Below are positions 38,643-51,906 of a DNA stretch of 64,000 nucleotides, piece by piece. This DNA is from Octopus sinensis (Eukaryota): contig NC_043009.1 in assembly GCF_006345805.1 (NCBI RefSeq), positions 14,756,001-14,820,000 of the forward strand, read 5' to 3'. The number at the start of each line of letters is the position of its first letter. Positions within the stretch are counted from its first letter, which is position 1. Position numbers and translations under genes: made by a program. Below the pieces are notes generated by a model that made no database searches, had not been told where the DNA came from, and worked only from the letters and a program-made list of their open reading frames with translations.

Positions 38643-41600
38643 GAATCCGACAATACTTTTGTGTAAACTATGTTTTTAGTAAGTCCAGTGTTGCTACAAT
38701 AAATATATGTCTTCTGCACTGCTAACTCGAGAGCATGTAACATATAGTTTTCCATGAGAAAAGCAGGGTAGTTGTAAAATGAACTTGGGCTTTTTTAGTT
38801 GTCATAGCGAAGCACAATCGCTCTGGAAACTAGAGGCACTCGAACTGAAATGGCACATTTGAGAAAATAAGGGGCATGCGTGGAATGCATGCAATCTGTA
38901 CTCGATGGCAGCCGACAATACTGGTTGCTTCTAGGAAATGACTTGTCATTGTAGTTATAATCAATCTTGCACCATTGCATAGTCGTGGTGGATCCAAATT
39001 ACACAAGAGCATGGCAGGTGCACCTTTCTTTAGGAAACCCTTATGCGGTGGCAATTCTGTGGGTTGTAGAGAGTTGATAAATTCAAGTGGATACTCAACA
39101 GTGGCATGTTCGTCGATAGTAGTAACAATGGAGACAAACGTTGAAGCATCTCAAAGTAGAACGTGAAGGAGTTCATGGTGTACTTTATAAACGCTTTCAT
39201 TCCGAAGTTCCTAAATAGCTCTCTCTGCGAACCATCCTGTGTTTTTGAAGTTCTCTTGCAATGTGGGAAATACCTTTTCTTTAAGCTCATCTAATGTAGA
39301 CACCATCTGCCCACATAGTGCTGCAGTGTGTTATACCATGGTAAGGTATCATTTCCAATTTATAGAAGTCGGTAAGAGAATTCCTCAGCTAAGGGGTCGT
39401 TGTAGAGATGAGCTCGCATATTCTTGCTTAATGAAAGCTGATGAACAAACCTCCACAGAGGTGAAGACTTCAGACACGCATAGATCTCATCAGCTCGCGT
39501 ACACCGTGGTATGACTGGTAATGGTAATATTTGACGGAATTCCCCTGCAAGGACAACAGTTACGTTTAGTGACCTATCTAGGGTTTATAGTACATTCATC
39601 CCAGACAATATGTGTACTTTGGAACGTAACTTCTGTAGTTCGTGATTGTTTTGAAATATTGCACATTTGGGCATCCATTGAAGTAAAGACAATTTGAACG
39701 TTGAGTCAGCTCTTCGTCCACCTGTTAATACAGTTACTGATATCCCTGATGATGCGACTGCAATCGCTATGTTTCCCATCTGCCTTATTTTTTTAGGTTA
39801 AGTAGAAACGTTTCCCCCGTTCCTCCTGCTGCATTAATGAAGAAAATACGTCCTTCTCTCTGCAAAATTTCACTACTATTTCATTTTAAATAGACTTTTG
39901 TTCAGCTTGTAATAATGGTTCACTTTCATCAAATTGCCTTTTCAGGGTATCCGAGTCGTATGCACTTTCTCGAATAACTTCTCTTGAAAGACCGTGATGT
40001 TCAGCTGATGGTGTTGGAATGCCGTAGTCGGATAAGCTTTTGCCCCCAATGGAATTAAGCATGCCTTCTAAATGCTGTAATGCTTTGGTGTATATAACAT
40101 CCAAGGAGGAGATGCTTGGTCCATGCAACCATCGAGCTTCATGAAGGATGTCATCAGACAGGCTGTGTTTGTGGTTCTCTCAAAGTTGTAGTGGATTCAG
40201 TAAATCGCAATAGTACAACATGATGGCGAAGAATCTTCTTAGTCGGTAAGCTGTGCATGCGGTTGCTACGTCTGAAAGAGCTGAACTCCAGTCACCGCCA
40301 TCTTCGAGAAGACCTCGTAGTTGGCAGACTTGTTGAAATGTTTCGCAAATCAAGGAGTTTACAATTTTAAGGTCTTTAAATGACGTTTGTCCAAGAACTT
40401 TGTGAAGGAGCATTCAGAGACAGTAGCCTTGGAGTGGACCGTATAATCTCAACCTAGAGCATTACATTTTTATGCGTGTATGCCCTTCGACGGTTACACC
40501 AAGCTTTTTCCTCTTCCACTTCTTAACATTGTTACCCAGGTGGAATACTTGAGTACGTCTGGGTTGAACATTGTCGCAGTGAATGCGTCATATCGACACA
40601 GGTCAAAGAATTATGTGAGAGTCGTCGCCTGTGGCGATATATTTGTCCTCTAACTCTTTTGAGATTTAATGGATCAAAATAAATTCTTCGTCTATTTTCT
40701 AAATGAACAGAGAAGTGCACAACTGTGGGATATCTATCATGGATGGGGAAATGAAGGATTCTCCAAGCGACTTCGTTACTGCTTACATAACGGCCCATTA
40801 GATATTGGTGTACCTCAATGGCCCTATCAGCATCTAAAAGGCCAAAGACAGCCTTGTCGGACTTTTTGTTTATATTTTTTGCATACATACTTGATGGAGT
40901 GAACAGTATTGCAAAATTCCACGTTAATGTGTGCCTTGAAAACTCGTGGCAATAGAGGACTATATGGGACAATCTATCTGTTGTCTACAACAACCGGACT
41001 TTGCTGTGACCGAAGAGTGAAATGGAATCCACCGTCTCCCGGTCTGCATCTCTTTTACGTTGGATACCCGTTATGTCCTGTGTGCATTTCAGAAGAAACG
41101 TTTTTAGGGTACCCTTTTAAGCACTTTCCATTTATCATGCATGTGGAATTGTGATTATAAGGTCTGTGGGGACCATAAGACATATGCGATTTGACGATGT
41201 CAAAAATTCGTTTGTTTACATCCTGGAATCTCTGCACTTATAACAGTGTCAATTTGGTTTGAGTGCAACTTTTAGTTCAGCCAAATGCGCATGCGGCAGA
41301 CCTCGTTTGGAAGGTATACATTTCACAAGTAACTTCTCCAAATATCTATTTCTTTTTAAGTATATCTATGAATTTCAATAATCTAATGTGGAAAACCCAC
41401 GCGATTATGTTGTGCCGATAATGGAGTTTTCGCTCTGGTAGACGATTTTCTGTAACTTCAGTCCACTTAGAATTGCTTGTGAATGCAAAGAAAAGGTGTG
41501 AAGAACCAACATTTCTAACATAGCTCATATCACCTTGTACTTTTTCGTGCATGTATCTTTGTACCCCGGTGAAGGAAGCCGGGAGAATAACCCTATGGCT
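38643..41600 (-). pseudogene. Helitron Rep/PIF1-helicase (RepHel) relic
   Basis: VILPASFTG..RYM, LFFAFTSN, RGLPHAH (HUH, ~41285-41305), GRYVSSNEVAWRI, AAGGTGETF (Walker A, ~39806-39835), VASSGI, LCNGARL, FSHGKLYV, TKNIVYTKVL. Many disruptions. Confidence 0.92.
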
Positions 41601-41897
41601 GATATTTTTGAATGTCATCATCACTGGCAATTTAATCCCACAAGTGCATCTAGGATTCAGCACGAAGTTTTTGTTGGTTATTTTTTCTATAAAGAAGGCG
41701 CTTAGTTCTATATTCAAGAGATAAGGAATTATGTATTTGTCCGTATCTTGTTTGTTGTCTACCCTATGTAAAAGGCCTGTCACAACCTCTTAAGCAGACC
41801 GAGTGCAGATATGAATAGCATATCGGAACCTGATTTAAGGAAGAATAGGAAAATATTAGATTTATAAGCTCTACAAATTCACTCCATTATTGCCCAC

Positions 41898-42137
41898 GGG
41901 CATATGGCGTAGTGGCTAAAAGCGTGGGCTACTAACCCCAAGATTCCGAGTTCAATTATAAGATTCCGAGTTCAATTATAAGATTCCGAGTTTAATAATA
42001 ATAATAACAACAACAAGAACAGAAAAGTGGAGAGTGAGCGAATTCTATATTATTTACATTTGACGGATATCTGTCTTCATCTTGTTAATTGGGGACATTT
42101 CTAGCCTGGGTTCTCATTCCTAAGTTATTTTTCGATG
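41898..42137 (+). mobile_element. tRNA-headed SINE of the hammerhead family, rearranged copy
   Basis: A-box TGGCGTAGTGG, tandemly repeated B-box segment, (AAT/AAC)n, then an inverted 3' segment (42049-42137) matching 51211-51350 but lacking the ribozyme. Confidence 0.75.
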
Positions 42138-42699
42138 GAGAAGGTATGGAAATGTAATCTCGGACATGCTAGAAATAAAACGTAAAGGACAGGATTTCTG
42201 AGATAACTTTCTTGTAAATTTCCGATTCTTTTTTTCCCCCTTCTTTTCACAGGATTCCTTTGTTTTCGACGACGGAGATTCACATATGCAAAAACCCACA
42301 TTTTCAAAAGTTTTAGTTTTTTATGAAAAACTCAAAAATTGATCAACACTCAATCCTGCAGTGTAAAAGTGAAACCGAATGGCTGTTTTGTCCGTTTCTG
42401 CATGCGTTGATTTATAGTCAAAGAGCAAAAAGACCACAGCACGTGAAACCGTCACCTCGAATCTCAATAGGATAAAAATAACAGCAAAATGTCTTGAGAA
42501 TTTTTGTGGGTGTGGGTGCGCGCGTGCCACAGTTCCTACAGTTTATCAGAATGAACAAAGAAAGAAGTCTACCATATATATATGACGCTTTAAAGGTAAA
42601 CGATTCCGATTGAAGCAACTATTTTGCTGTCAATTCATTGGATTAATCTCAACAAAATAGTACAATACAGTTCTATATTTAAGAGGTGAAGAATTATGT

Positions 42700-42886
42700 A
42701 CATTATTTACATTATTTACATTTGACGGATATTTGTCATAATCTTGTTTGTTGTTTGGAATGAGAAACCAGGTTCGAAATTTCACCAAGACACGTGATGA
42801 AGGTTTCGGGGTATATCAGCCGAAACGTCGTGTTAAACAACAAAGAAGCTGAGGACAAATAGTCGTCAAATGTAAATAATGTAAAT
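42700..42886 (+). mobile_element. 3' part of the hammerhead-SINE family with an inverted terminal duplication
   Basis: ACATTATTTACATTTGACG...TTGTTGTT pairs with AACAACAA...CGTCAAATGTAAATAATGT. Decayed hammerhead at 42789-42834. Confidence 0.75.
42789..42834 (+). ncRNA. Decayed minimal hammerhead
   Basis: GACAC-GUGAUGA-AGGUUUC...CAGCC-GAAA-CG-UC-GUGUU; has a C3G lesion and a damaged stem II. Confidence 0.6.
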
Positions 42887-45406
42887 AAAAATAGTACAAG
42901 TTTAGTCACTGGCTCAGTAACTATGTTTGTATTCTTCATTCTAAAATAATAAAATCTTTAACATACTACCATTTGAAATTAGAATTTGTTACCGCCCATA
43001 TTCTTAATCTCCGTATTTTTCCACGTAGAAAAAAATAGCGGAAAAAAGTTTAAAATTTTGGTGTGGGAGAAATGAAAAAAATTGAAAACGTGTTTTTTTG
43101 CATATTCGGAATTTCCGTCGTCGAAAACATAGGAATCCGGTGAAAGATTACTGAATGCCCCTTCCCCCATTTCGACCACATATCAGCTACCCGCTTTGGG
43201 ATGAAATGCAAATGTCCTGTATGGAAAATATAGGAACGTGAGTAAATTGAGGAAAGAAATAAGTGGTGGGGACTGAAAATGTGTGTGTGCCCGCGCCAAA
43301 GGAAGTTATTTTTGCATACCTTGCTTAATTCCAAGTAATTAGTGGAACTTGTTGACAATGGTGTCTCTGGATTTTATAATTAGAAATTGAAAGAGAAGTA
43401 TAATGCCTAATTCTACGCATGCCTCAAACATAGGACGAAAGTGAAAATGACCTGAAAATGACCTGAAAATTTGTACTATACGACCTGGGTTCTGGAGTTG
43501 TCATCATCCCCCTTCTCTCCCGCTATCCACTTCAGCTTTGGAATGCATGAGGAACATACACACACGCACACACACACACACACATACGCACACACTCATA
43601 CTCACACATACAAACTCTCTTTTATAGTTATATATATATATATATGTATACACAAAGTACGCATATATTCAATACATATACTCTTGCATGTCGAGTGGAC
43701 ATTTTCACAGTATATTTTCTACCGTATTTCAACTTAATTTTCTACCACTAAACTTCTAGAAAGGCATAAAATCACTTATGAAAGAATAGTGACATTCCAG
43801 AATTTGTATACAAATGAATATAAGTTGCTGAATTAATTCATATTTCGTAGTATTTGTCATATTTGCGTGTTGCAATTTAATAAACATGCGATTAGAATTT
43901 TTTTAAACTGGTGTTATTTACAAAACATTACTGCTTGGGCGTTAGAAAATAGTGTTTGTGCAAAATAGATAATTGCGAATATGTGAAAAGTAATTATTAT
44001 AGGTGATACATAAATTTTTAACTTGCATTAAATAGTTTGAATGGAAGATGATTTGCAATCAAGAAATCGATACACAAAGTTTGACGGAGGAAATTTGAAA
44101 GTCATGTAAACATTTTCCATAGAACAGTATTCATCAATTCCATGGTATTTATTTCCTGTAGTGTAATCACTTCTATTCCTTTCATTTGCATATATCATTT
44201 ATATGTACTTTTGTGTGCATAACACCAAATCCAACCTCATCTGAGTGCTTTCAATTCTAATGAGGAATCTTGATTTTTTAAATTGGCGGTATAATAAATG
44301 TGTTATATAGAAGAATTCTAATTTTCTATTTTGTTATCCTGATTTCACCATTTTACATAAGGATTGCGGCATCGATGTTTATTTGTAATAGTTGCCAGCA
44401 GCACAATCCTCTTACTACTGTTCACACACACAAGGGAAACAGACACACAGACACTCACAAACATGCACGAAAGCTAAAGGCCATGCAAACCGCATTTGTC
44501 CCATCCTGCTTTCAAGGATCCTATATTGTAGGCTATATTTATTTTTCTTAAAGGCGGCATGGTGCAAGTTGTCAACTCCTTGAACCGCCGCAGAAAGTGT
44601 TGAGTGGTAGTTGTCATTAATGAAAAAATAATTGACATTGAACAAATTACGCTGCTTCAAACTCCACACACCTTGGGCACAATTAAACATTGCTCTAGCT
44701 TATTATTAGATAAAATTTCAAAAACAGTGCTATATTAGAAAACCAATGTATATAGTACGTCTCATATTTAGATTGAAAAGGAATGAAAGTTAGATTGCAT
44801 CGTAATTTGATAATTTTTTTCCCGAATTCATGGCCGTTTGTAGTCAGGTGGCAACAACAATGAGCTGGAGTATGATTCCACAAAATCTAATGAAGTTTTA
44901 TGGCAAAAAGACCAACCTTACTTTACCCGAGTGGTCAGGAACGATATTCTAGAAGAATCACTGTTAGTACAATACCAAACTATGAATATTTGAACATCAA
45001 CGGTTAATGATCCGGCATCAAACTCTCTCGATACCTGGAAAAAGTAGTTGGGTGTTTATGAATGATACGATTCATTTGCATCAAATCTCTACAAAGATTA
45101 TTGCAACAGCAACAACTAAACTAAATATATAAGTAGTGGAAACTTTATGAAAATGGAAGTAATAAAAACAATCAATGTCAATAAATGTTTCTCACTTAGG
45201 TTTAGAACCAACAATTTTTATGAGGAGTTTAAATAGTGACACTTTGTCCCCGACCATGACTGGTAATCTATTTTATCGCCTCGAATGTTTTATTTCAAAG
45301 TACCGACTATTCTTTCAACTCGTCACCATAATTGAAATATTAATAATGATCATAAAATACAAATACTACGAAAATGAAATATGCGTTGCACACAATATGA
45401 TAAATT

Positions 45407-45800
45407 AGGAGTAGCTGTGGGGTAAAACGCTTTCTTCCCAGCTACATGGTTCCGGGGTCAGTCTTTTACTCTAGCCTCGCGTCGAACAAAGCTTTGAGGG
45501 TGGATTAGGTAGGCGTAAACTGAAAGAAGTCCGTCGTATATATTTATATATATATATATATGTGTGTGTATGTATGTGTGTGCATGTATGTCTGTATAAA
45601 TGTATTTGTGTGTCCATGTTTGTCCCTCCCACCATCACTCGACAGCCGATGTTTATGTGTTGTCAAGCACATCAACGTGTGTGCTTCACCAATGGAATAA
45701 GTGCTAGGCTTACAAAGAATAAGTCCTGGGCTGATTTCTTCGACTAAAGGCGGTGCTCCAGCATGGCCGCAGTTAAATGCCTGAAACAAGTAAACGGAGA
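45407..45800 (+). mobile_element. Diverged copy of the 32115-family SINE
   Basis: Shares the head, internal microsatellite and 3' CGACTAAAGGCGGTGCTCCAGCATGGCCGCAG block. Confidence 0.85.
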
Positions 45801-46884
45801 AAAGAATACTTACTCACGACTGCAATTATATTTCACACTTTTTTATTTACATAAAACCTCAATGCACAAAATCAATGGAGCTTTTCTTTATTATAGGCTT
45901 CAAAATTTGTTGTACTCCTCAGTATTTGGCTCACTCTTTTATAATCTTTCACTTTACATGTTAAACCTCATGAATTGGAGGTATTAGTGACTCTTCTGTT
46001 ACCCAATGTCTCTAAATGATATCTGACATTAAAATAATATCCTCATATCTTTAGTTCCGTTTGGCCTATGGTGATAAAATGAACAAAAACTATTCAAAAA
46101 CTTAACGAAGTTTCGACATTTACACAGTGGGAGGCTGTAGGGAAAGAATATAGAGGTAATAACACAGCCTTATGCACATGTAAAATGTACATATCACTAC
46201 CATGTTAACAATAAACTAACATCAGATAAAATGATATGAAAACATTTCCATTAATTGAACTTGACTAACATGAAGAAAACTGGCAAGTTCAGAAGATAGT
46301 GTTTGAATGGTTGCCATAAGAATATATATTTTGTGTGATATAAGACATTACGTTGTATTGTAATATTAATATCTCCAAGATAGAGAAAATAATAGTTATT
46401 GCATAAGTACATTCACGAAAACTATTTGTGTGTTTTTATCAATTGTAACGAAATGTAAAATTTTGCTCAGTTGTGATAGTATATTTGGAGAAATATCGAT
46501 GTGAGGTTGTGTTTAAACTTTACCAGCTGGACTACATCCAGCATTTTATAATACGTAACAATAGAAAATTTGCAAACAGATATTAACGCCTCAAAGATGT
46601 TGGGAAAGATTAATGTTATAGGTTTATGGTGAAGGTCTACGAAGAAATATATTAAAAAAACATAAGTAGATATATTTATACGTAAGTGTTTCTCACAAAG
46701 GATTCAGCAAAGGTGATACATATTTGAGGGTGGATTAAACTGTTTATATCGAAAGTAAAACACTTATTTTGTTGTATTTAATTATGAAAGGATATAAATG
46801 ACAAGCTTTTTCTTTCCTCATTTTCTATATAAGCATTTAAATCGGATACACGTATTTACATTAAATACCATTAAATACAGTTAT

Positions 46885-47015
46885 TCGAAACCCGAATTAT
46901 AGAATAGCACCATACACATTCTCAAATACCAGTTGCCGATATCACCTCAGAGATAACAAATGAAATATTTTATCTGGTGAGAACTGGACTCACAGAAAAA
47001 AAGAACAAAAAAGAA
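46885..47015 (+). repeat. Dispersed repeat matching 50510-50640 (PLE 3' UTR fragment)
   Basis: ATACCAGTTGCCGATATCACCTCAGAGA...GGTGAGAACTGGACTCACAGAAAAA is present at both sites. Confidence 0.85.
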
Positions 47016-47134
47016 AAAAGCAATTAAGAAAAGTTTTGTAGAGTAAATGAGATTTAAAGAATGTTGTTGCTTCACAAGAACTCTCGTATTTGAAAGTTAA
47101 CAATAAAATGTTTCAGAATTGTTAGAGACCTGAT

Positions 47135-48115
47135 TTACTTCATCAAAGTATGTTCATTTATGACGTTTTACCAACGTTGCACTCTGTCATATATTCCATC
47201 CTTAAAAAGAATTCATCTTTTGCAGTGATAAACAGGCTGAATGTTTCAATTACCCTTTCTCTATTGCTTATGAAAAGCTCAAATAAGTGATGATCAGTAG
47301 GAGAGATATCAAGAGAATAGGGAGGATGTTGCAAAATCTCATAAATCAGGCTTTGCTAGTTTTGGACCGTAGCTTGAGGAGTGTGAAGACGTGCATTGTC
47401 GTGGAGCAAAATTGTGCCATATTGACGAGTCTGGTTGCTTCTTTTTCAATTTCTCATGCATACAGTCAATTTCCTGGCAATACGATGGTACTGTTACCGT
47501 TTTTCCTTGTTGTAAAAATGAATAATGAAAAACTCCCTTCGCAGACGACCATACAGTGACCGTTAAATTTTTAGGGCTCAATGGTGGGTTTGGGTAGTGT
47601 TTAGGTGGCTATCTTGCATCTAATCACTGTCCTGTTCTCCTGCTGTTGTCAAAGAGTATCGATTTCTCATCATAAATATTGATTTAATGTAAAAATGGTC
47701 TTTTTCCAGTCGAAAAAGCAATAAGGATCACACTTCAAGGCGTCTGTTTTTTTTTTGTTTTTTAATGTCGTTCAGTTGATGTAGAATAGACCTATCCGTT
47801 TTCTTGACTTTTCCAACTTTTTACAGGTGTCCAAAAGTATCTTTGCGAGATGTCTGGAGTTTTGAATAAAATTCTTGGAAACTTTGTTCTCAGATTTTGT
47901 TCAACCAAAGCGTGTGACCTAACCCTTGGTTTATTTTCTAGGCTATCATCGCCTGAACGATAGCTTTGGAACCATCCCTGAACAGTTCTGATGTCAACAA
48001 AACCATTACCAAAGGCCTGCTTGATATTCCGTAGAGTTTCTGCGGTGGAGTGACCCAGTTTGTACTCATACGGGAAAATCATGCAACATAGTTTGGTTGT
48101 TATCATTTTCATAAG
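47135..48115 (-). pseudogene. Mariner transposase relic
   Basis: YEYKLGHSTAET..VQGWFQSYRSGDDSLE, VTVWSSAKGVFHYSFL, ILLHDNARLHT, HPPYSLDISPTDHHLF. Confidence 0.9.
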
Positions 48116-49005
48116 GTCTGTGGGTACGAATTTTTTATATAAATATTATTCGAAAAAAAAGAGTCAAGGAATATGTAACTGAGTTTTTAAATGTAATTAA
48201 AGTTGAGATATTTCATGTGAAACAACATAATTCAACCACGTGAGCTTCAATGAGGTCAGATTAGCACGGTTGTTTAAAGAAATATTTGACGTTCGTGTTT
48301 CTTTAGTTCATAAAAACTAAATATAGTCGTTTTGAACAGAATATTCAATAAAAATTTGAACATTTCCCTAATTCTGAAATTCGTATTGATGCAAAGAACT
48401 TAGATTATGTGGGACAACATTTGTCTGTTAGAAGACTGACTTTTACGTTTTCTACAAAATATATGGAATGTCAGGAATATTTCAAATTGTCAAGAATATT
48501 TCAACGTTCAATGAAAAGCTAATAATCAAAGTGTCAAATCCTTAAAACCCATACTTATTGTATAAAACGAAAAAGAAAAAATACATATTCCTGAAAACAA
48601 TCATCTAACAATACAACTGTTAATATTATTCGTGGGCTGCAAAAAGAATCCGTATGCATGTATGTATGCATAAGTATATATATAAACACACATAGATATA
48701 TGTATATACATATACATACATATCTCTCTCTATCACATACACTCACACACGCACACATATATATTGTATTCTTCCATGAGAGAAGATACAAAAAAAGAAC
48801 TCCATCTCGTGTGAGATTAATATTATTTAAATAAAGGGCACAATAGCATATTGGTAGCGATACATACATGTACTGTGCCCTTTAAATAATATATATATGT
48901 GAGTATATATATGTGTGTGTGTATTGTGTGTGTGTGTTTGTCTATGGAAGTATATGTGAATGTATGTATGTATATATATATACGTATGTATACACACATA
49001 TATGC

Positions 49006-49039
<34 letters not shown>

Positions 49040-49070
49040 AAGTAATTAAAGTTCATTTGAATAAATTACT

Positions 49071-49352
49071 TCAGTTAAAGCACTAAGTCAGTCCGCCGTT
49101 ATCCGAACACCACAGCTGGAAAAGGTGAATAAAATTCAAATAAGTATGAGGATGTCTAGTCGTAATGCAGTACAACAGTTTTAAGCGGCTCCATCTAATT
49201 GAAGATAAAGCACTAAGTCAGTTAAAGCACTAAGTCAGTCCGCCGTTATCCGAACACCACAGCTGGAAAAGGTGAATAAAATTCAAATAAGTATGAGGAT
49301 GTCTAGTCGTAATGCAGTACAACAGTTTTAAGCGGCTCCATCTAATTGAAGA
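49071..49352. repeat. 135-bp direct tandem duplication
   Basis: 49071-49205 matches 49218-49352, separated by a 12-nt spacer. Confidence 0.92.
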
Positions 49353-50058
49353 ATGCAATCATTATATCAATTCAAATAACCGCTATCTTCAGCTGCACAA
49401 ATATGGAACTTCAGCAGACAAGATATGTTAATATGATTTTTCTAAAATAATTCATCAGAGCAACAGAATGGAAGAAATTCTTGTTGTCGCTATTGTAGGA
49501 AAAACAGCTAAGAGAATAGACTACAATTTTTTGCTAGAGTGGTGTGGAAGACAGTGCGGGTCATAAGTTGTACTTTATTTCAAATTTATCTATCTCTTTA
49601 TCAGTAACTAAAATCTGGGACTAGAATATTTAGAATAAAGAGCAAAGTGAGTTGACAACTCATGGCTGGCTACTGGTCATAAATATTGTCGATGTACCCC
49701 GCTACCTATCACACAAAAAACAAAACTTTAAAAACACCAGTTAGATAGAGGTAAATGTTCTATAGTAGTAGTAGGTTAGGGTGACGTTAATTCATAATGT
49801 TCTTACCAGTTAAAGTGACAAATTCTATGAAGCTTAGGACGCTATGTTGAGATTCAGGATAAAAATTAGTAATAAAAACAGTATTAATAATGCTGATAAT
49901 AATTATAGTGGTAGTAATAATAATAATAACAATGATAGGATTATCAATAATATTATAGCTGTAACGTAACAAGTTTAACTGCCGGGCTTTCATGAACTTT
50001 ATCTGCAACCACCTTAACTGCAGGGCTTTCATCAACCTTATGAAATGTTCAACATATA

Positions 50059-50380
50059 ACTTCAAGTCAAGTAAAATATTCACCATAAAAAATCAGTTCC
50101 CCTGTGCATCGAAGAACTTAATTCATGTCCTCAAATATGTTGAGTGTTGTGGGGACTAAATAGATCAAACTAGCTTCACATTGAGAGACAGACTGATGGT
50201 ACACAGGCAACGATCCGGGACCCCATGACCAGGGAAATTCCCGTAAGCAAACGCTTAGATCAATGCCCAGGAGACACACCAGATTGTACCTCTTTATCAA
50301 TGTATCGGAAACACCTCAGTCCAATTCTGAATGAATTAAGAAAGCATGCCCATTAAAAATATTAAGCGCAACTAAATGGC
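50059..50380 (+). pseudogene. Decayed PLE GIY-YIG C-terminus, related to ORF2 of the 15-21 kb element
   Basis: FTIKNQFPCASKNLIHVL, DQTSFTLRDRLMVHRQ, REIPVSKRLDQC and PLYQC align by eye with FKIKTNFCSSENLIYVL, GQTSLPLRKRVTVHKE, RQIPLSDHLDSC and PFYQC. Confidence 0.8.
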
Positions 50381-51210
50381 CTTTGATTCGAAAGAGAAAA
50401 CAAAATTTTTACAGAAAGAGAAAACAATATTTACAATAAAAAGGACCAGACACAACAGATATAACTCGAAAACTAAGTAAAAATTGAAAACAGGTATTCG
50501 AAACCCAAACTCGAAATTACTATAGAATAGCACTATACACATTTTTGAATACCAGTTGCCGATATCACCTCAGAGAAAACAAATTAAATATTTTATTTGG
50601 TGAGAACTGGACTCACAGAAAAAGAGAACAAAACAAAAACCAAATAGTTACGCCCTAAGGGAACCAACCAAACAGAACAAGAGATGGCCATGAGGCAGAA
50701 ATAAGATATCGAGTTCTTACCCTAAAGTCAACCAAGGAGAACGCTGAACTTTACCAAAACAAAATTATTTTGCCCTAAACGGAAAATATTTTTTATCAAA
50801 TTAAAGTGACATCACAAAACCTTCAACCAGTCACAAATTGTCTCTTGATAGTGGTCGTCATCAGGAAGGCAACCAGCCAAAACACTAGACTTTGCTAAAA
50901 CAAAACTATTTTGACCAAAACATCCACGAGAGTACGAATAAGATATCATCAAAATTAAAACTAAACAAAACTTGGATAATTTTCCGTAAAAATATGTATA
51001 TATACGTATAACTCCATCAAAATGTGAGAGGTGAAGAGACCTGTGCACTGAGACTGAAAGTGGAAAAAGAACTACACGCAGCAGGACATAATTTTTTTTT
51101 AAAAATCTTTATTTTCTTTCCCTCCACTTCTTTCTGTTTCTTCTCTACGTTTTCTTTTTCAAAATAAAAACTCAATATCACTAAATTTTGTATAATATAC
51201 ATTTTTTGCT

Positions 51211-51356
51211 ACACTATTTACATTTGAAAGATATTTTTCCGCAGCTTGGTTGTTGTTAACACAACGTTTCGGCTGATATACCATCCAGCCTTTATCAGGT
51301 GTCTTTGGAAAATTTCGAACCTGGGTTCGCATTCTTAAGGTATTTTTCGATGTTGA

Positions 51357-51399
<43 letters not shown>

Positions 51400-51491
51400 T
51401 TTATTTTTATTATTATTATTCAGGTCACTGCCTGGAATCGAACACGGAATCTTGGGGTTAGTAGCCCGGGCTCTTAACCACCATGCCATAT
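51211..51491 (-). mobile_element. tRNA-headed SINE carrying a hammerhead ribozyme
   Basis: Minus strand: A-box TGGCATGGTGG, anticodon-like loop CTACTAA, B-box GTTCGATTCC, (AAT)n, linker, hammerhead (51258-51303), 3' CAAATGTAAATA. Confidence 0.8.
51258..51303 (-). ncRNA. Minimal type I hammerhead (G8A lesion in this copy)
   Basis: GACAC-CUGAUAA-A-GGCUG(GAUGGUAUAU)CAGCC-GAAA-CG-UU-GUGUU. Stems I and II are intact; stem III is the ACGU palindrome. Confidence 0.7.
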
Positions 51492-51494
51492 TCT

Positions 51495-51906
51495 CTCTTT
51501 TCTCTTTTACTTGTTTCAGTCATTTGACTGCGGCCATGCTGGAGCACCGCCTTTAGTCGAGCAAATCGACCCCGGGACTTATTCTTTGTAAGCCCAGTAC
51601 TTATTCTATCGATCTCTTTTTGCCGAACCGCTAAGTGACGGGGACGTAAACACACCAGCATCGGTTGTCAAGCAATGCTAGGGGGACAAACACAGACACA
51701 CAAACACACATACATATATATATATATATATACATATATACGACAGGCTTCTTTCAGTTTCCGTCTACCAAATCCACTCACAAGGCATTGGTCGGCCCGG
51801 GGCTATAGTGGAAGACACTTGCCCAAGATGCCACGCAGTGGGACTGAACCCGGAACCATGAGGTTGGTTAGCAAGCTACTTACCACACAGCCACTCCTGC
51901 GCCTAT
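51495..51906 (-). mobile_element. 32115-family SINE, full length
   Basis: Reverse-complement match to 32115-32561. Confidence 0.92.

Noticed and set aside
41940-41992. CRISPR-like array
   Set aside because: Direct 20-bp tandem units with no unique spacers, in a eukaryotic SINE.
44545-44695. Possible conserved non-coding/enhancer-like unique sequence
   Set aside because: Only an impression from composition; cannot be supported without cross-species alignment.
50832-50870. Minus-strand CTGATGA...GAGA-CAATT near the old PLE fragment
   Set aside because: GAAA is altered and stem II does not pair; too decayed to call.
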